A stretch of DNA of 64,000 nt from Candidatus Eremiobacteria bacterium (lineage in GTDB: Bacteria > Vulcanimicrobiota > Vulcanimicrobiia > Vulcanimicrobiales > Vulcanimicrobiaceae): contig CAVTRC010000001.1 of assembly GCA_963737065.1 (NCBI GenBank), positions 1-64,000 on the forward strand, read 5' to 3'. The notes beneath the pieces were generated by a model. That model was not told the origin of the DNA. It worked only from the letters and a program-made list of their open reading frames with translations, and ran no database searches. The stretch's first letter is position 1, and each line of letters begins with the position of its first letter. The position numbers and the translations under genes were made by a program. Shown piece after piece: positions 21,848 through 32,929 of this stretch.

Positions 21848-24640
21848 TTACGCGGAGACCGTGCGCGACGCGCGTCCAAGAATGTCGGGATATATCGCAG
21901 CCAGTTCGGCGGCGGAAAGCGCGCGGGAATATAAGTAGCCCTGCGCGTGACGGCACCCGGCATTGCGCAGCGCTTCACGCTGACGGGCCGTTTCTACGCC
22001 TTCGGCAACGACGCGCACGTCGAACGCTTCGGCAAGTGTCATCAGCGTACGCACGATCGGCTCGCTCGCAAGATCGCCGTCGCTCGCGGCCACAAACGAA
22101 CGATCGATCTTGATCGCGTCAACTTTGAACTGCTGCAAATAACGCATCGACGAATACCCCGTCCCGAAGTCGTCGATGCAGATCTTGAATCCGAGGTCGC
22201 GGATGCGCTCGAGCGTGACGTTCGCGCGCGTCCCTGCGTCGAGAACGAGGCCTTCGGTAATTTCGAGCGTCAAGTCCGAAGGCGCGAGCCGGTGGTGTTC
22301 GATGACCTGTACCAACATACGTTCGAATTCGGGGTCGCTCAGTTCGCTCGCCGAAATATTCACATGCATCGTGAAGTCCATCGTCCCGCCACGGTTTCGT
22401 CGCCATGCAGCGAGCTGCGCTGCTGCCGTTTGAAGGACGAACCGGCCGATCGCGGACGCGAGTCCGGTTTGTTCGGCGAGAGGGATGAATTCACTCGGCG
22501 CCACGACGCCTTGCGACGGATGGTCCCAGCGAATGAGCGCCTCGCAACCCACAGCGGCGCCGTCGGAAATATTGACGATCGGTTGGTAGAGCAGGCGAAA
22601 CTCGTTGCGCTCCAGCGCGAGGCGCATGTCGCTGATCAATTGCAGCCGTTTCTGCGCGCGCGCGTGCATTTTCGAATCGAAGACGGCGTAGCGCGGCGCT
22701 CCCATGCTCTTTGCGTGCTGCATCGCAATTTCGGCGTCCCGCATGACGTCCTCGGCACGCTCGTAGCTCGCTGAGCCGATCGCAATTCCGACGCTTGCCC
22801 CGAGGTACACGCCTTTGGAACCGATCGGCACCGACTTGGAGAGATTATTCAAGATGCGTCGCGCGAGCGACTCGACATGCAGAATATCGCTGAGCGAGTG
22901 GATGAGAACCGCGAATTCGTCGCCCCCGAGGCGAGCCACCACGTCACGTGTATCGACGCACGAGCGTAGACGCCCCGCGATTTGCGTAAGCACGAGATCA
23001 CCTGCCGCATGTCCTAACGACTCGTTGACGTCTTTAAAGTGTTCGAGATCGACGAAGAGAACCGCGAAAAACGAATCGAGCAGTGCGTTTGCTTCATCGA
23101 AGCGGTTGCACAGCGCGTGTTCGAAGAGGTGACGGTTCGGAAGTCCGGTCAAACTGTCGTGCGTCTTATCGTGCTGCATGCGCCGTTCGCTGTGCTTGAG
23201 CGCCGTCTTATCTCGAAACATGCAGATCGCGAAGAGCGGTTCATCGTCATCATCGTTCACGACGGAAACGGTCACATCGGTCCAAATCTCTTGGCCGCTC
23301 GGCGAACGCGATGTCTGCTCGAACTCGAACGTCTCGCTTTGGCCGGCGAGCAGTACCGCGAGCTCCGCTTCGTGGCCCTCGAGCGCGTGCATTATCGATT
23401 CGCCGAACATCGTGCGGAAGACCGCGTTCGCATCCACAAGCACGCCGTCGCGATTCACGACCGCAATGCCGACCGCCGCTCCATCGAACACGGCGCGGAA
23501 TTGCGCCTCGGATAGATGCAGCGCTTCTTCCGCTTTCTGCCGCGCGAGCTCGGCGTGAAGGCGCGCGGACTCCTGTTGCGCTCGACGGAGCGCGAGGCGG
23601 CCGCGGCGACCGATGAGCTGCGCGATCGTAAGCATGATGCCGACGATCATCAGCGCGCCGATCACGAACGCCAGGTAGAAGTACCGATTGCGTTGTGCTT
23701 GAACCTCGCCGCGCCGTTTCAGATTTGCGTCGAGTGCTGCGCGCTCTGCCTCGTGCATCGCGAGCGCCGCGCGCTGCACGTTCTGCATGTGCATGGCGAT
23801 CTGCGCGTTGCCCACGTTCGGTACGTCGGTGAGCATCGCATTCGTCGACGCCCAGTCCGCGAATTCTGCGCCGCGCTGCGACAGTTCTCGCGCGAGAACC
23901 GGTAGCCGCGCCCACTCGGCAGCACGGCTCGGAATCATCGCGGTAAGCCGCCGCGCGACTTGCGGTAAACCGTCGCTGCTCAGGTCGGTCCCGCTGCGTA
24001 CGGCACCGATCGCGTTCGCGAGGAACATGCGTTGCTGAAGATCCAATCCGCGCTGATTGACGCCAAGCTCGACGAGCGTTGCAAGGCGTTGCGCTGCCGA
24101 TATCGCATACGGGGTTTCGTAAACAAATCCGAGGCCGAGGTTCTGCGCGCTCGGAGTCGGGTCGTACGTAAGATTCGACGAATCCTGAACGGCATTGAAC
24201 AGATCGACAATCGGACGCGCGAACTGTCTCATCGCATCGAGCGATGACGCACCGGGCGCGAGGTTTCGTACCTCGGTCCAGCTCTTTTTGAGCGCGTCCC
24301 AACGGCTTGTGATGCCGAGCTGCGCTGCGCCGCCCTGATGGAAGTCCGCGTTCAGTGCGGCGATCGCTGCGTCTGCGGCGTATCGCCGGGCTGCCAAGTC
24401 GGAACGGTCAAGAACTAACGAATCGCGGTACGCCTCGAGGCTCTCCAGCAGCGGCAATAAACGCTCGGTTTCGTGAACGCCGAGCTGCTCGCGCGCCAAC
24501 GTCGCTCGATCGAGACCTGCTTCCGCACCGAGCCGGCTCATTTGCCATAAGACAACGGCCAAGAGAAGGGCGGTAACAACCGTAACCGCTATTCCCAACG
24601 ACTCGCGCCAATATGCCGCCCCCGCGGCGTTGCGCTTCAT
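21848..24640 (-). CDS. Membrane-anchored PAS-GGDEF-EAL diguanylate cyclase/phosphodiesterase
   Basis: Two TM segments around a periplasmic region, PAS, HDSLTGLPNR, ARLGGDEF, GCEALIRW, IDDFGTGYSS, VAEGVE. Confidence 0.93.
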   Translation of the reverse strand: MKRNAAGAAYWRESLGIAVTVVTALLLAVVLWQMSRLGAEAGLDRATLAREQLGVHETERLLPLLESLEAYRDSLVLDRSDLAARRYAADAAIAALNADFHQGGAAQLGITSRWDALKKSWTEVRNLAPGASSLDAMRQFARPIVDLFNAVQDSSNLTYDPTPSAQNLGLGFVYETPYAISAAQRLATLVELGVNQRGLDLQQRMFLANAIGAVRSGTDLSSDGLPQVARRLTAMIPSRAAEWARLPVLARELSQRGAEFADWASTNAMLTDVPNVGNAQIAMHMQNVQRAALAMHEAERAALDANLKRRGEVQAQRNRYFYLAFVIGALMIVGIMLTIAQLIGRRGRLALRRAQQESARLHAELARQKAEEALHLSEAQFRAVFDGAAVGIAVVNRDGVLVDANAVFRTMFGESIMHALEGHEAELAVLLAGQSETFEFEQTSRSPSGQEIWTDVTVSVVNDDDDEPLFAICMFRDKTALKHSERRMQHDKTHDSLTGLPNRHLFEHALCNRFDEANALLDSFFAVLFVDLEHFKDVNESLGHAAGDLVLTQIAGRLRSCVDTRDVVARLGGDEFAVLIHSLSDILHVESLARRILNNLSKSVPIGSKGVYLGASVGIAIGSASYERAEDVMRDAEIAMQHAKSMGAPRYAVFDSKMHARAQKRLQLISDMRLALERNEFRLLYQPIVNISDGAAVGCEALIRWDHPSQGVVAPSEFIPLAEQTGLASAIGRFVLQTAAAQLAAWRRNRGGTMDFTMHVNISASELSDPEFERMLVQVIEHHRLAPSDLTLEITEGLVLDAGTRANVTLERIRDLGFKICIDDFGTGYSSMRYLQQFKVDAIKIDRSFVAASDGDLASEPIVRTLMTLAEAFDVRVVAEGVETARQREALRNAGCRHAQGYLYSRALSAAELAAIYPDILGRASRTVSA

Positions 24641-24742
24641 GGACGGCGTTGGGACTTCTCGCCTCTCGCACCATCTACTCCCTAGCAGGCGGCGAAAACA
24701 AAGAGGAGCCTGTTTTCTTAACAGACTCCCAACGAATTTCGG

Positions 24743-24817
24743 GGTGGCTGACCGGGGTCGAACCGGCGACCTTCGGATCCACAGACCGACGCTCTAACCA
24801 GCTGAGCTACAACCACC
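24743..24817 (-). tRNA. tRNA-His(GTG)
   Basis: G-1 plus GTGGTTGTAGCTCAGCTGGTTAGAGC; loop CT GTG GA; C discriminator. Confidence 0.93.
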
Positions 24818-24839
24818 GCACGGAGCCGGGCCGTTTTTT

Positions 24840-24913
<74 letters not shown>

Positions 24914-24960
24914 TCGAAGAGGGCGCGGCACCAACGTAGGATACCACGCCCTCGCAACTC

Positions 24961-25033
24961 TCGGAGTGACTGGGCTCGAACCAGCGGCCTCAACGTCCCA
25001 AACGTCGCGCTCTACCAACTGAGCTACACCCCG
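24961..25033 (-). tRNA. tRNA-Pro(TGG)
   Basis: CGGGGTGTAGCTCAGTTGGTAGAGC; loop TT TGG GA; GGTTCGAGCC. Confidence 0.93.
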
Positions 25034-25131
25034 ACGGCGCACGTCACATTTCGCGAGTTCTGCGTCGATCCTTTGCCTTGCGATCAATGCACGATCGTGT
25101 CGCTGATGTCTCTCATTTTTGCGCCGCGAGT

Positions 25132-25992
25132 TTAGAAAGCGAGTGCGTGAAAGCCGACGTACCGTGAGAGATCGATCTGCGGCTGGTCTGTTGCGAAGAT
25201 ACGTACTTGATCGAGCGTGAGTCCGATACGAACGGCGGCGCGCATGATGCGGACGTTACTTCCCGGAACGAGTGCCATGCACCATGATGCGCCGTACGTT
25301 CGCCGTAACGACATCAGCGCGAATCCGAAGAACTGCATCAGATATGCGCCGGACGCCGCCACGAGCGGACCGATTCGGCCATCGGGCCACACGTACGCGT
25401 ATCCGACGATTTCATCGTTCAGGACGAACGCCGTCCCCGTTGCGAGTTGCGCGAAGGCGACGTGATCTTGCGGCCGCGCCGTTCCGCGCACTTCGCGGTC
25501 GAGCGCGTTGATTTCAAACGTATGTTTGTGCGGATCGAGCGGCACCGTCGAGAACCGGTAATCACCGGCGGCCATTTGCACGAGCTCGTCCTCGCGTGGA
25601 ATTTCGCCCGTGATCCGCAGGACCGGAACGTGCAGACCCATACCGCGGCGCAAAAAGAACGCGAGCGCACCGACGTCGTCGGCCTCGATCATTCCCGCGA
25701 GCGAGGCGTCGCCGGAATCCGCGGTAGCGTGACGCATGAGTTTCCAGCCGAGTCCGGCATTGCGAAACGATGGTTCGACGAACAGATCCGAGACGAACCA
25801 TTCCGTTTCCAACGCGTGCACGAACGCGATGCCAACGGGCTCGTCGACGTCGCGTGCGACCCAGCATCCCGCGGGAGCCGATTGCCCAAGATTCACATAC
25901 AGCCGCCGGCTTTGCTCGTCCGGCCAACGCCGCGCGGCGAGCTTGCTGATTTCTGCGTCTTTCGCGGCGACGATTTGAGTCGAACCGATCAC
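25132..25992 (-). CDS. GNAT-family acetyltransferase
   Basis: LFVEPSFRNAGLGWKLM acetyl-CoA motif; second GNAT-like half (GRIGPLVA). Confidence 0.8.
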   Translation of the reverse strand: MIGSTQIVAAKDAEISKLAARRWPDEQSRRLYVNLGQSAPAGCWVARDVDEPVGIAFVHALETEWFVSDLFVEPSFRNAGLGWKLMRHATADSGDASLAGMIEADDVGALAFFLRRGMGLHVPVLRITGEIPREDELVQMAAGDYRFSTVPLDPHKHTFEINALDREVRGTARPQDHVAFAQLATGTAFVLNDEIVGYAYVWPDGRIGPLVAASGAYLMQFFGFALMSLRRTYGASWCMALVPGSNVRIMRAAVRIGLTLDQVRIFATDQPQIDLSRYVGFHALAF

Positions 25993-26579
25993 GTAGCGAG
26001 TGCCTGCAGCAACGCCCGTGCCGCTTTCCCGCGATGACTCAATTGGTTCTTTTCCGCCTCGGGAATTTCGCCGAATGTTTTCCCAATCGGCGGATAGTAA
26101 AAGATCGGGTCGTAGCCGAAGCCGTTCGCCCCGCGCAGCTCCGTCGTGATCCGTCCGCGTACGTCGCCTTCAACGACGATCTCGCGACCCTCCGGCAGAA
26201 TCAACGCCATCACACACACGAAACGCGCGCCGCGACGATCTTCCGGAACCCTTCGAACCGCGTCCATCATCGTTTCCAACCGCTTTGGCCACGGGGTGGT
26301 TTCCCCCGCGTACCGCGCGGAAAGCACGCCGGGCCCGCCGCCAAGTGCATCGAGTTCGATTCCACTGTCGTCGGCGAGCACCGCCGCTTCAATTCGCACG
26401 TCGCGCAATTGTGCCCGAAGCGCGCGCGCCTTCAACAGCGCGTTTGCTACGTACGTCTCGTCGCCTTCTATGGGATCGATGTAGCCGTCGTACGTACGCA
26501 CATCGATCGCCGAGCCGGCGAACATGTTACGGATCTCACCGAGTTTTCCGGCGTTCTTCGTCGCGAGGTACGTCTGCAC
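25989..26579 (-). CDS. rdgB: Non-canonical purine NTP pyrophosphatase (RdgB/Ham1)
   Basis: ATKNAGK, ADDSG, PGVLSARY, GFGYDPIF, KNQLSHRGKA. Confidence 0.95.
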   Translation of the reverse strand: MQTYLATKNAGKLGEIRNMFAGSAIDVRTYDGYIDPIEGDETYVANALLKARALRAQLRDVRIEAAVLADDSGIELDALGGGPGVLSARYAGETTPWPKRLETMMDAVRRVPEDRRGARFVCVMALILPEGREIVVEGDVRGRITTELRGANGFGYDPIFYYPPIGKTFGEIPEAEKNQLSHRGKAARALLQALAT

Positions 26580-26608
26580 GCGCGTCGTTGTTTACAACCG
26601 TGTCGTCG

Positions 26609-28438
26609 CTAGTCTGCGAGTTTTAACACGGCCATGAATGCTTCTTGCGGCAGCTCCACGCGGCCGACGCGTTTCATGCGCTCTTTTCCCGCCTTCTGCT
26701 TCTCCAGGAGTTTGCGTTTGCGCGTGATATCGCCGCCGTAGCACTTGGCAAGAACGTTCTTTCGCTGCGCGCTCACCGTTTCGCGAGCGATGATCTTGCC
26801 GCCGATTGCCGCTTGAATCGGGACTTCGAACATCTGGCGCGGAATCAATTCCTTTAGTCTCTCGGCCAAGGCGCGGCCACGAGACGCTGCTTTCTCACGC
26901 GCGACAATGAACGATAGCGCGTCCACGGGTTCGGCATTAAGCAGAATCTCGAGCTTCACCAAGTCGCCTTCCCGATAGCCGATCATCTCGTAGTCGAGCG
27001 AGGCGTAGCCCTTCGTGCGCGATTTCAACTGGTCGAAGTAATCGACGATCACTTCGATCAGCGGCATCTCGAACGTCAAGATCACGCGGCCGTCGTGGAG
27101 ATATTCCATGTTTGCAAGGGTGCCGCGCCGCTGAATCGTGATATCCATGATCGCACCGACGTACTCGGGCGGCGTGATGATCGTTGCCTTGACGAACGGC
27201 TCCTCGATCGTATCGATGACGTTGTTCGCCGGAAGCTTCGACGGATTGTCGATCATGTCGACTGCGCCGTCGGTCCTCGTCACGCGAAACACGACTGACG
27301 GAGACGTCGCAATCAGATCAAGGTTGAAGTCGCGCTCGAGGCGCTCTTGCACGATTTCCATGTGCAAGAGGCCCAAGAAGCCGCAGCGGAATCCAAAGCC
27401 GAGCGCGACCGATGTTTCGGGCTCGTACGATAGCGCCGCATCGTTCAACTTCATTTTGTTCAGCGCGTCGCGTAGATCGTCGTACTCGACGCCTTCATTC
27501 GGATAGAGCCCGCAGAAGACCATCGGCACCGCCTTGCGATAACCGGCAAGCGGAACGTGGGCCGGGTTGTTCGCCTCGGTCAGCGTGTCGCCGACGTCGA
27601 TGTCGCCGAGCGATTTGACGTTCGCAATAACATACCCGACGCTGCCCATCTCGAGTTTCGGGGTGGGGCGCATTTGCGGCGTGAACACACCGACTTCGGT
27701 ACATTCATAGACCTTTTGATGCGCCATCGACATGAAGCGGTTGCCCGGCTTGAGTTCGCCGTCGACCACCCGAACGTACGAAACGACGCCGCGATAGGGA
27801 TCGAATTGCGCGTTGAAGACGAGGCCGCGCAAGTGATCGCGATGCCCCTTCGGCGGCGGGATTCGCGTGACGATCGCTTCGAGAATCTCGTCGATTCCGG
27901 TGCCGTTCTTCGCGCTCGCGCGTATGCACTCGCTGCGCTCGATGATGAGCAACTCCTCGACTTCGCCCATGACGCGTTCGGGATCCGCGGCCGGCAAATC
28001 GATCTTATTGATCACCGGAATGATCGTCAGATCGTGTTCGAGCGCGAGATGGTAATTCGCGAGCGTCTGCGCTTCGATACCTTGCGCGGCATCGATGATG
28101 AGCAGCGCACCTTCGCACGCCGCGAGCGAACGCGATACTTCGTACGAGAAGTCGACGTGGCCCGGCGTGTCGATGAGATTCAATTCATACGCTTGCCCGT
28201 CGCGCGCCTTGTAGCGCAGCGTGACGGGGTGCATGCGAATCGTGATACCGCGTTCGCGTTCCAAATCCATCGCGTCGAGCGCCTGCTCTTCCAGATCGCG
28301 CGTCTCGACCGTTTTCGTCACTTCGAGCAGGCGATCGGAGAGCGTCGTCTTGCCGTGGTCGATATGCGCGATGATGCAGAAGTTGCGAACGTTCGCCGCG
28401 AGTTCCGTCCGATGCGGATTCTCGGCTTTCACCGTCAC
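26609..28438 (-). CDS. lepA: Elongation factor 4 (LepA)
   Basis: [54 protein letters not shown]. Confidence 0.98.
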   Translation of the reverse strand: MTVKAENPHRTELAANVRNFCIIAHIDHGKTTLSDRLLEVTKTVETRDLEEQALDAMDLERERGITIRMHPVTLRYKARDGQAYELNLIDTPGHVDFSYEVSRSLAACEGALLIIDAAQGIEAQTLANYHLALEHDLTIIPVINKIDLPAADPERVMGEVEELLIIERSECIRASAKNGTGIDEILEAIVTRIPPPKGHRDHLRGLVFNAQFDPYRGVVSYVRVVDGELKPGNRFMSMAHQKVYECTEVGVFTPQMRPTPKLEMGSVGYVIANVKSLGDIDVGDTLTEANNPAHVPLAGYRKAVPMVFCGLYPNEGVEYDDLRDALNKMKLNDAALSYEPETSVALGFGFRCGFLGLLHMEIVQERLERDFNLDLIATSPSVVFRVTRTDGAVDMIDNPSKLPANNVIDTIEEPFVKATIITPPEYVGAIMDITIQRRGTLANMEYLHDGRVILTFEMPLIEVIVDYFDQLKSRTKGYASLDYEMIGYREGDLVKLEILLNAEPVDALSFIVAREKAASRGRALAERLKELIPRQMFEVPIQAAIGGKIIARETVSAQRKNVLAKCYGGDITRKRKLLEKQKAGKERMKRVGRVELPQEAFMAVLKLAD

Positions 28439-28445
28439 GATAAAT

Positions 28446-28733
28446 CTAGTACAACGCGGCGCACGCGCCGTAGGCGGCGCGGCTGAGGAACGGAACGATC
28501 AGGTAATTCAATACGAGCAATACGACGAGGAATGCCAAGTCGAGGCCGCCGACGGGCGGAATGATGCGTCGCACGGGCGCGAGCACCGGTTCTACGAGCA
28601 TCGCCAAATAGCGCACCCACGCGCCGCGAATATCGGGGATCCACGAGATCACCGCATAGACGAGTAAGACGAGCGAATACAGGCGAGCGAGCCAAATCAC
28701 GATCTGATCGAGTTGGCAGAGGAGACCGTTCAC
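28446..28733 (-). CDS. YggT-family membrane protein
   Basis: VISWIP...[22 protein letters not shown]. Confidence 0.9.
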   Translation of the reverse strand: MNGLLCQLDQIVIWLARLYSLVLLVYAVISWIPDIRGAWVRYLAMLVEPVLAPVRRIIPPVGGLDLAFLVVLLVLNYLIVPFLSRAAYGACAALY

Positions 28734-28747
28734 GGGGAGTGCCTGTT

Positions 28748-29656
28748 CTACGGAAGCTTCGCGATGACATTCGACGGCACGCCGTCGAGATATGGCGTCG
28801 GATCGACGGCGACGCCGTTTTTCATGATTTGGTAATGCAAATGCGGGCCCGTCGCGAATCCGGTGCTGCCCACCTCGCCGATCACCTCTCCTTTATACAC
28901 GTGTGCGCTCACGCCAACGTCAACTTTCGAAAGATGCGCGTACCAGGTGTGATAACCGTTGCCGTGATCGATATCGATTTTTATCCCGTATCCGCCGTCC
29001 CAACCGTTCGCGACGACTGTGCCGGCGGCCGCAGCGCGCACCGCGTCCCCATAATCGGCGCCGAGATCGACGCCGGGATGAAACTCTACGTCCGGCGACG
29101 TCCGGTAACAGAAACACCCTACGACTTGCGCTCCGGCAACGGGATCGATCGACGGAATCGCAGCGATCACTTGCGCGCGCGCCAGGTCGCGCAGGTGACG
29201 TAAATTCAGCACGTGCAGCGCCAGGCGCTTCATCGAATCCGACTCTTGCGCCATCGCAACGCTTTGCGCGCGCAGTGCCGCAATGCGTGCCCGCGCCGCG
29301 CGCAGCGAGCGCGGCGCGACCCACGACGTCTGCGTTCCCGAATGCGCGGGCGCCTTCAGCGGCGGCGCACCGATCAGCTGCCGGATCTCTTGGTTTTGCT
29401 TTTGCACGCTCTGCAGTTGCTTGCGCAGCGCTTCCGCTTGACTATCGATCTGCTTCAACGCCGCTTGCTGATGCGACGCTTGGCCCTGCATCGTCGAGAC
29501 TTCCAGACGCGTGTGAATCAATTCGAAGCCGGGAACGACGACGACCAAAGCGAGCGCAACGATGACGGCCACGATGTGCCGCCGGCGCAAGTGAAAGCCG
29601 TGAACGGTTTCGTCCTCGTGCGGGACGATCTTGATGTAATAACGCTTGTGCATCAT
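28748..29656 (-). CDS. M23-family peptidase with coiled coil
   Basis: FHPGVDL, YAHL, GSTGFATGPHLHY; N-terminal TM and coiled coil. Confidence 0.92.
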   Translation of the reverse strand: MMHKRYYIKIVPHEDETVHGFHLRRRHIVAVIVALALVVVVPGFELIHTRLEVSTMQGQASHQQAALKQIDSQAEALRKQLQSVQKQNQEIRQLIGAPPLKAPAHSGTQTSWVAPRSLRAARARIAALRAQSVAMAQESDSMKRLALHVLNLRHLRDLARAQVIAAIPSIDPVAGAQVVGCFCYRTSPDVEFHPGVDLGADYGDAVRAAAAGTVVANGWDGGYGIKIDIDHGNGYHTWYAHLSKVDVGVSAHVYKGEVIGEVGSTGFATGPHLHYQIMKNGVAVDPTPYLDGVPSNVIAKLP

Positions 29657-30144
29657 TTCTTCGCCGTACGCGCGCGTTCGATCGCCTGAAGTTCTTCTTC
29701 TGACGCGTTCACCGCCGGCGTGAAGGCTTGGACCGCTTTTCCGAACGTTCGCGTATCTGCGCGGGAGTAAATGCTCGAGATCACGACACCGTCGCCTGCC
29801 CGATTGAGAAGCGCTAGCGCATAGGACAGTTCAGCGCCGGGATTATCAAAAGCGTCGTACCGCACGAACCCGACGCGTGAGATATCGGTGCCAGCGAACG
29901 CTTCGAGTTCGCTTACCCTCGCCTCGGCGGCACGAAGCGCCGAGCCCACCTCAGCCACCCGGGCGTCCAGGCGGTCGAGCTGCTGCGAGGCGCTCGCGCC
30001 GCCGCCGATCAACTGGTCGTGCGCGTCCACGAGCGCCTGCACGCGTTGCAAAGCCGGCGCGACGACCATGCGGTGGTAGATCGCAAGCGCAATGAGCGCG
30101 GCAATAAAGACTGCAACCGCAGTAAGAATTAAAGATGTCTGCAT
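29653..30144 (-). CDS. DUF4446-family membrane-anchored protein
   Basis: VGFVRYDAF...LSYALALL...GVVISSIYSR...SEEE. Confidence 0.8.
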   Translation of the reverse strand: MQTSLILTAVAVFIAALIALAIYHRMVVAPALQRVQALVDAHDQLIGGGASASQQLDRLDARVAEVGSALRAAEARVSELEAFAGTDISRVGFVRYDAFDNPGAELSYALALLNRAGDGVVISSIYSRADTRTFGKAVQAFTPAVNASEEELQAIERARTAKK

Positions 30145-30168
30145 AAGGAATTGCGTTAACCACAACGA

Positions 30169-30268
<100 letters not shown>

Positions 30269-30334
30269 GTCATGGCCACGCCATGATACCACACGCTGTA
30301 TCGCGCGCCTGCCGTTGATGTCAGGAGGTCGAAG

Positions 30335-30806
30335 ATGTCGCTTTTGTCGCTTCTTTTCGCACTGCAGTTGCTTCAGCGCGACGTTTGAACCGAACGCAAC
30401 CGTCCCAGTGACAATGGTGGCGAAGGACTGCGGCGGAGCAAAACATTTCACCGGAACTGCATTGGTCCGGCGCACCGAAAGGCACGAAAAGTTTTGCATT
30501 GATCGTGCACGATCCCGACGCTCCGCATCCCGGCGGCTTTTATCATTGGGTCGTGCAGTCGATCCCCGCAAGCATTTCGAAGCTCGCGTGCCGGAACGGC
30601 GAAGTTCTCGCGGGTATTACGGCCCGTGTCCGCCGCCGGGAAAAGTGCATCACTACCACTTCACGCTCTACGCACTGAACGAAACGATCGATCCTATGTC
30701 GATCGTGGACACGCAGGCGCTCGCGCCGGCCGTTGAGCAACGGATCAAGCAGCACATCTTGGCGCAAACGACGCTGACGGGGCTCTACGAGATTCGATCC
30801 CCGTAA
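30335..30806 (+). CDS. YbhB/YbcL (PEBP) family protein, frameshifted
   Basis: AGGAGG RBS; across frames: SPELHWSGAPKGTKSFALIVHDPDAP...HWVV and YYGPCPPPGKVHHYHFTLYAL. Confidence 0.85.
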
Positions 30807-30842
30807 CATGTTCGCCGCGACGCGGCGGCGAACGGCTACACT

Positions 30843-31076
30843 ATGCACGACGTTTCAATCAAAGTTCGCGAAAACGGCCCGTACCTCGTTAGAGGTTTAG
30901 TAACGCTGATGGACGCAGACGGAAACCCGTACGCCGTCGAGCAGAATTTCGTATTGTGTCGCTGCGGCGGATCGCAGACGAAGCCGTTCTGTGACGGCAG
31001 CCATAAAACGAACGGCTTTTCGGCAACGGAGCGAGCCGTATCCGCGGCTGCCGAATCCGCCACATCAGAGGAGTAG
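30843..31076 (+). CDS. CDGSH iron-sulfur domain protein
   Basis: NGPYLVRG...LCRCGGSQTKPFCDGSH. Confidence 0.92.
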   Translation: MHDVSIKVRENGPYLVRGLVTLMDADGNPYAVEQNFVLCRCGGSQTKPFCDGSHKTNGFSATERAVSAAAESATSEE

Positions 31077-31079
31077 CGC

Positions 31080-32252
31080 ATGCCGTCATACGTCCGCGCC
31101 GGGTCGCTCCCGCACAAACGGCACATTCAGTTTCGCCGTCCGGACGGCGGACTTTACGCGGAAGAACTGCTTTCCACGAAGGGCTTCGAGAGCGTCTACT
31201 CCCTGCTCTACCACTTGCGTCCGCCGACCGCGACGCTGGATGTGCGTGAATGGAATCGCCCCGCCGTTCGGCTGCTGGCGAACGACCCGCTTCGCAACCG
31301 TCACTTCAAGACCGCCCAGATCGATGCGAGCGGCGATGCGATCGAATCGCGCCGCCCGGTCCTCGGCAACGGCGATGTTTTGATCTCCATCGCGAACGCC
31401 GACTGCCCGATGGAGTACTGGTATCGCAACACCGGCGGCGACGAGCTGCTCTTCATTCACCACGGCGCAGGCGTTATCGAAACGAATCTCGGCGAGCTTG
31501 CCTATCGCGCGAACGATTACATCATCATTCCGACCGGCACGACGTACCGCGTCGTTCCGTCCGCAACGACGCGCATGCTCGTGCACGAGACGTCGGGCAT
31601 GGTCAAAATCCCGCGAAAGTATCGCAACGAATACGGCCAACTCGAAGAGCACGCGCCGTATTACGAACGCGACTTTCGCGTGCCCGTATTGAAACCGCCC
31701 GTCGGCGAGCAGGGCGAATACGAGATCCGCGTGAGCAACGCGGGACGTTACGCCACGTACGTCGTGCAGAATCATCCGTGCGACGTCGTTGGTTGGGACG
31801 GTTACTGTTATCCATACGCGTTCAACCTCGAAGAGTTCGCGCCGATCACCGGCAAACTCCACCAGCCGCCGCCGGCGCACGCAACATTCGAAGCACCCGG
31901 CGCCGCGTTCTGCGCCTTCGTGCCGCGTCTCTTCGACTATCATCCGCTCGCCATTCCGGTTCCGTACAATCACTCGAGCGTCGATTGCGACGAAGTGCTC
32001 TATTACGTGAGCGGCAACTTCATGAGCCGGCGCGGCGTCGAGGAAGGTTCGATCACCCTGCACGCAGCGGGCGCACCGCACGGCCCGCAACCCGGTGCCG
32101 TTGAAGCGAGTCTCGGAAAAACCTCGACCGATGAAATTGCCGTCATGGTCGACACGTTCCAGCCGTTGCAACTCGCGCAAACCGCACTAGACGTGGAAGA
32201 CGAGCAGTACTTCCGCTCATGGATCGAGCAACAACCCTCGTATTCACCGTAG
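31080..32252 (+). CDS. hmgA: Homogentisate 1,2-dioxygenase
   Basis: YSLLYH, HPCDVVGWDG, LHQPPPAH, PYNHSSVDCDEVLYY, SITLH...HGPQPG, AVMVDTF. Confidence 0.93.
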   Translation: MPSYVRAGSLPHKRHIQFRRPDGGLYAEELLSTKGFESVYSLLYHLRPPTATLDVREWNRPAVRLLANDPLRNRHFKTAQIDASGDAIESRRPVLGNGDVLISIANADCPMEYWYRNTGGDELLFIHHGAGVIETNLGELAYRANDYIIIPTGTTYRVVPSATTRMLVHETSGMVKIPRKYRNEYGQLEEHAPYYERDFRVPVLKPPVGEQGEYEIRVSNAGRYATYVVQNHPCDVVGWDGYCYPYAFNLEEFAPITGKLHQPPPAHATFEAPGAAFCAFVPRLFDYHPLAIPVPYNHSSVDCDEVLYYVSGNFMSRRGVEEGSITLHAAGAPHGPQPGAVEASLGKTSTDEIAVMVDTFQPLQLAQTALDVEDEQYFRSWIEQQPSYSP

Positions 32253-32929
32253 CCGCCGTCGGCATTCTGCACACGATCGTTCCGGATCATTGGGGACCGA
32301 TTGTTGTTGTTGCCCGCCAGCGCGGCTGGACGGTTGCGCAAACGGCGCGTGCTGCGGCAACTGCCGGCATGGGCCACGTCACAACAACGCTGCTTCTCGG
32401 TTTGATCGTCTGGTACGCAGGTTCGCTCGCCGCCGCTCAGTACGCGCGTGATGTTACGCTAATCTCCGCGATCGCGCTCGTCGCATTCGGGGTTTGGATC
32501 GCATATGGCGGCTGGCGGGAAGCCCAGGCGGAGGGACATGCACATCTGCACCGCCATGCCGACGGGACGGAGCACGTTCATTGGCACGAGCATCGCCAAC
32601 ACGGCGCACACGATGCGGGCGACATCATAGTTTTGCACGAACACAGTCATACCGTAGCGGGGCGCACGGCGCTGCTCTTGATTCTCGGCTCATCTCCGAT
32701 GGTTGAGGGAATTCCGGCGTTTCTTGCAGCGTCGACGTATCGTCCGCACTTGCTGCTCATGATGGCGATGGTCTTCGGCGCGGCGACGATCGTGACGTAT
32801 GTTACGCTATCGATTGCCGGTCTGCGCGGCGTTCAGCGACATCGGCTCGGTGTGCTGGAGAAATACGGCGAAATGCTAAGCGGAATCGTCGTGGCGCTCG
32901 TCGGCGTCTATCAGTTGGCCGGCGGCTGA
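32219..32929 (+). CDS. His-rich NicO/RcnA-like metal permease
   Basis: GILHTIVPDHW, GHVTTT, His-rich loop HAHLHRHADGTEHVHWHEH, several TM helices. Confidence 0.75.
   Translation: MDRATTLVFTVAAVGILHTIVPDHWGPIVVVARQRGWTVAQTARAAATAGMGHVTTTLLLGLIVWYAGSLAAAQYARDVTLISAIALVAFGVWIAYGGWREAQAEGHAHLHRHADGTEHVHWHEHRQHGAHDAGDIIVLHEHSHTVAGRTALLLILGSSPMVEGIPAFLAASTYRPHLLLMMAMVFGAATIVTYVTLSIAGLRGVQRHRLGVLEKYGEMLSGIVVALVGVYQLAGG

Noticed and set aside
30836..30845. CTACACT-ATG before both the CDGSH gene and lptF/G (51235-51244)
   Set aside because: A -10 hexamer directly abutting ATG has the wrong spacing for a leaderless promoter; two cases may be chance.
31086..32180. Long antisense and alternative-frame ORFs (also 43346..44503, 47422..48675, 23250..24302)
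   Set aside because: Shadows of real genes expected in high-GC DNA; no motifs.
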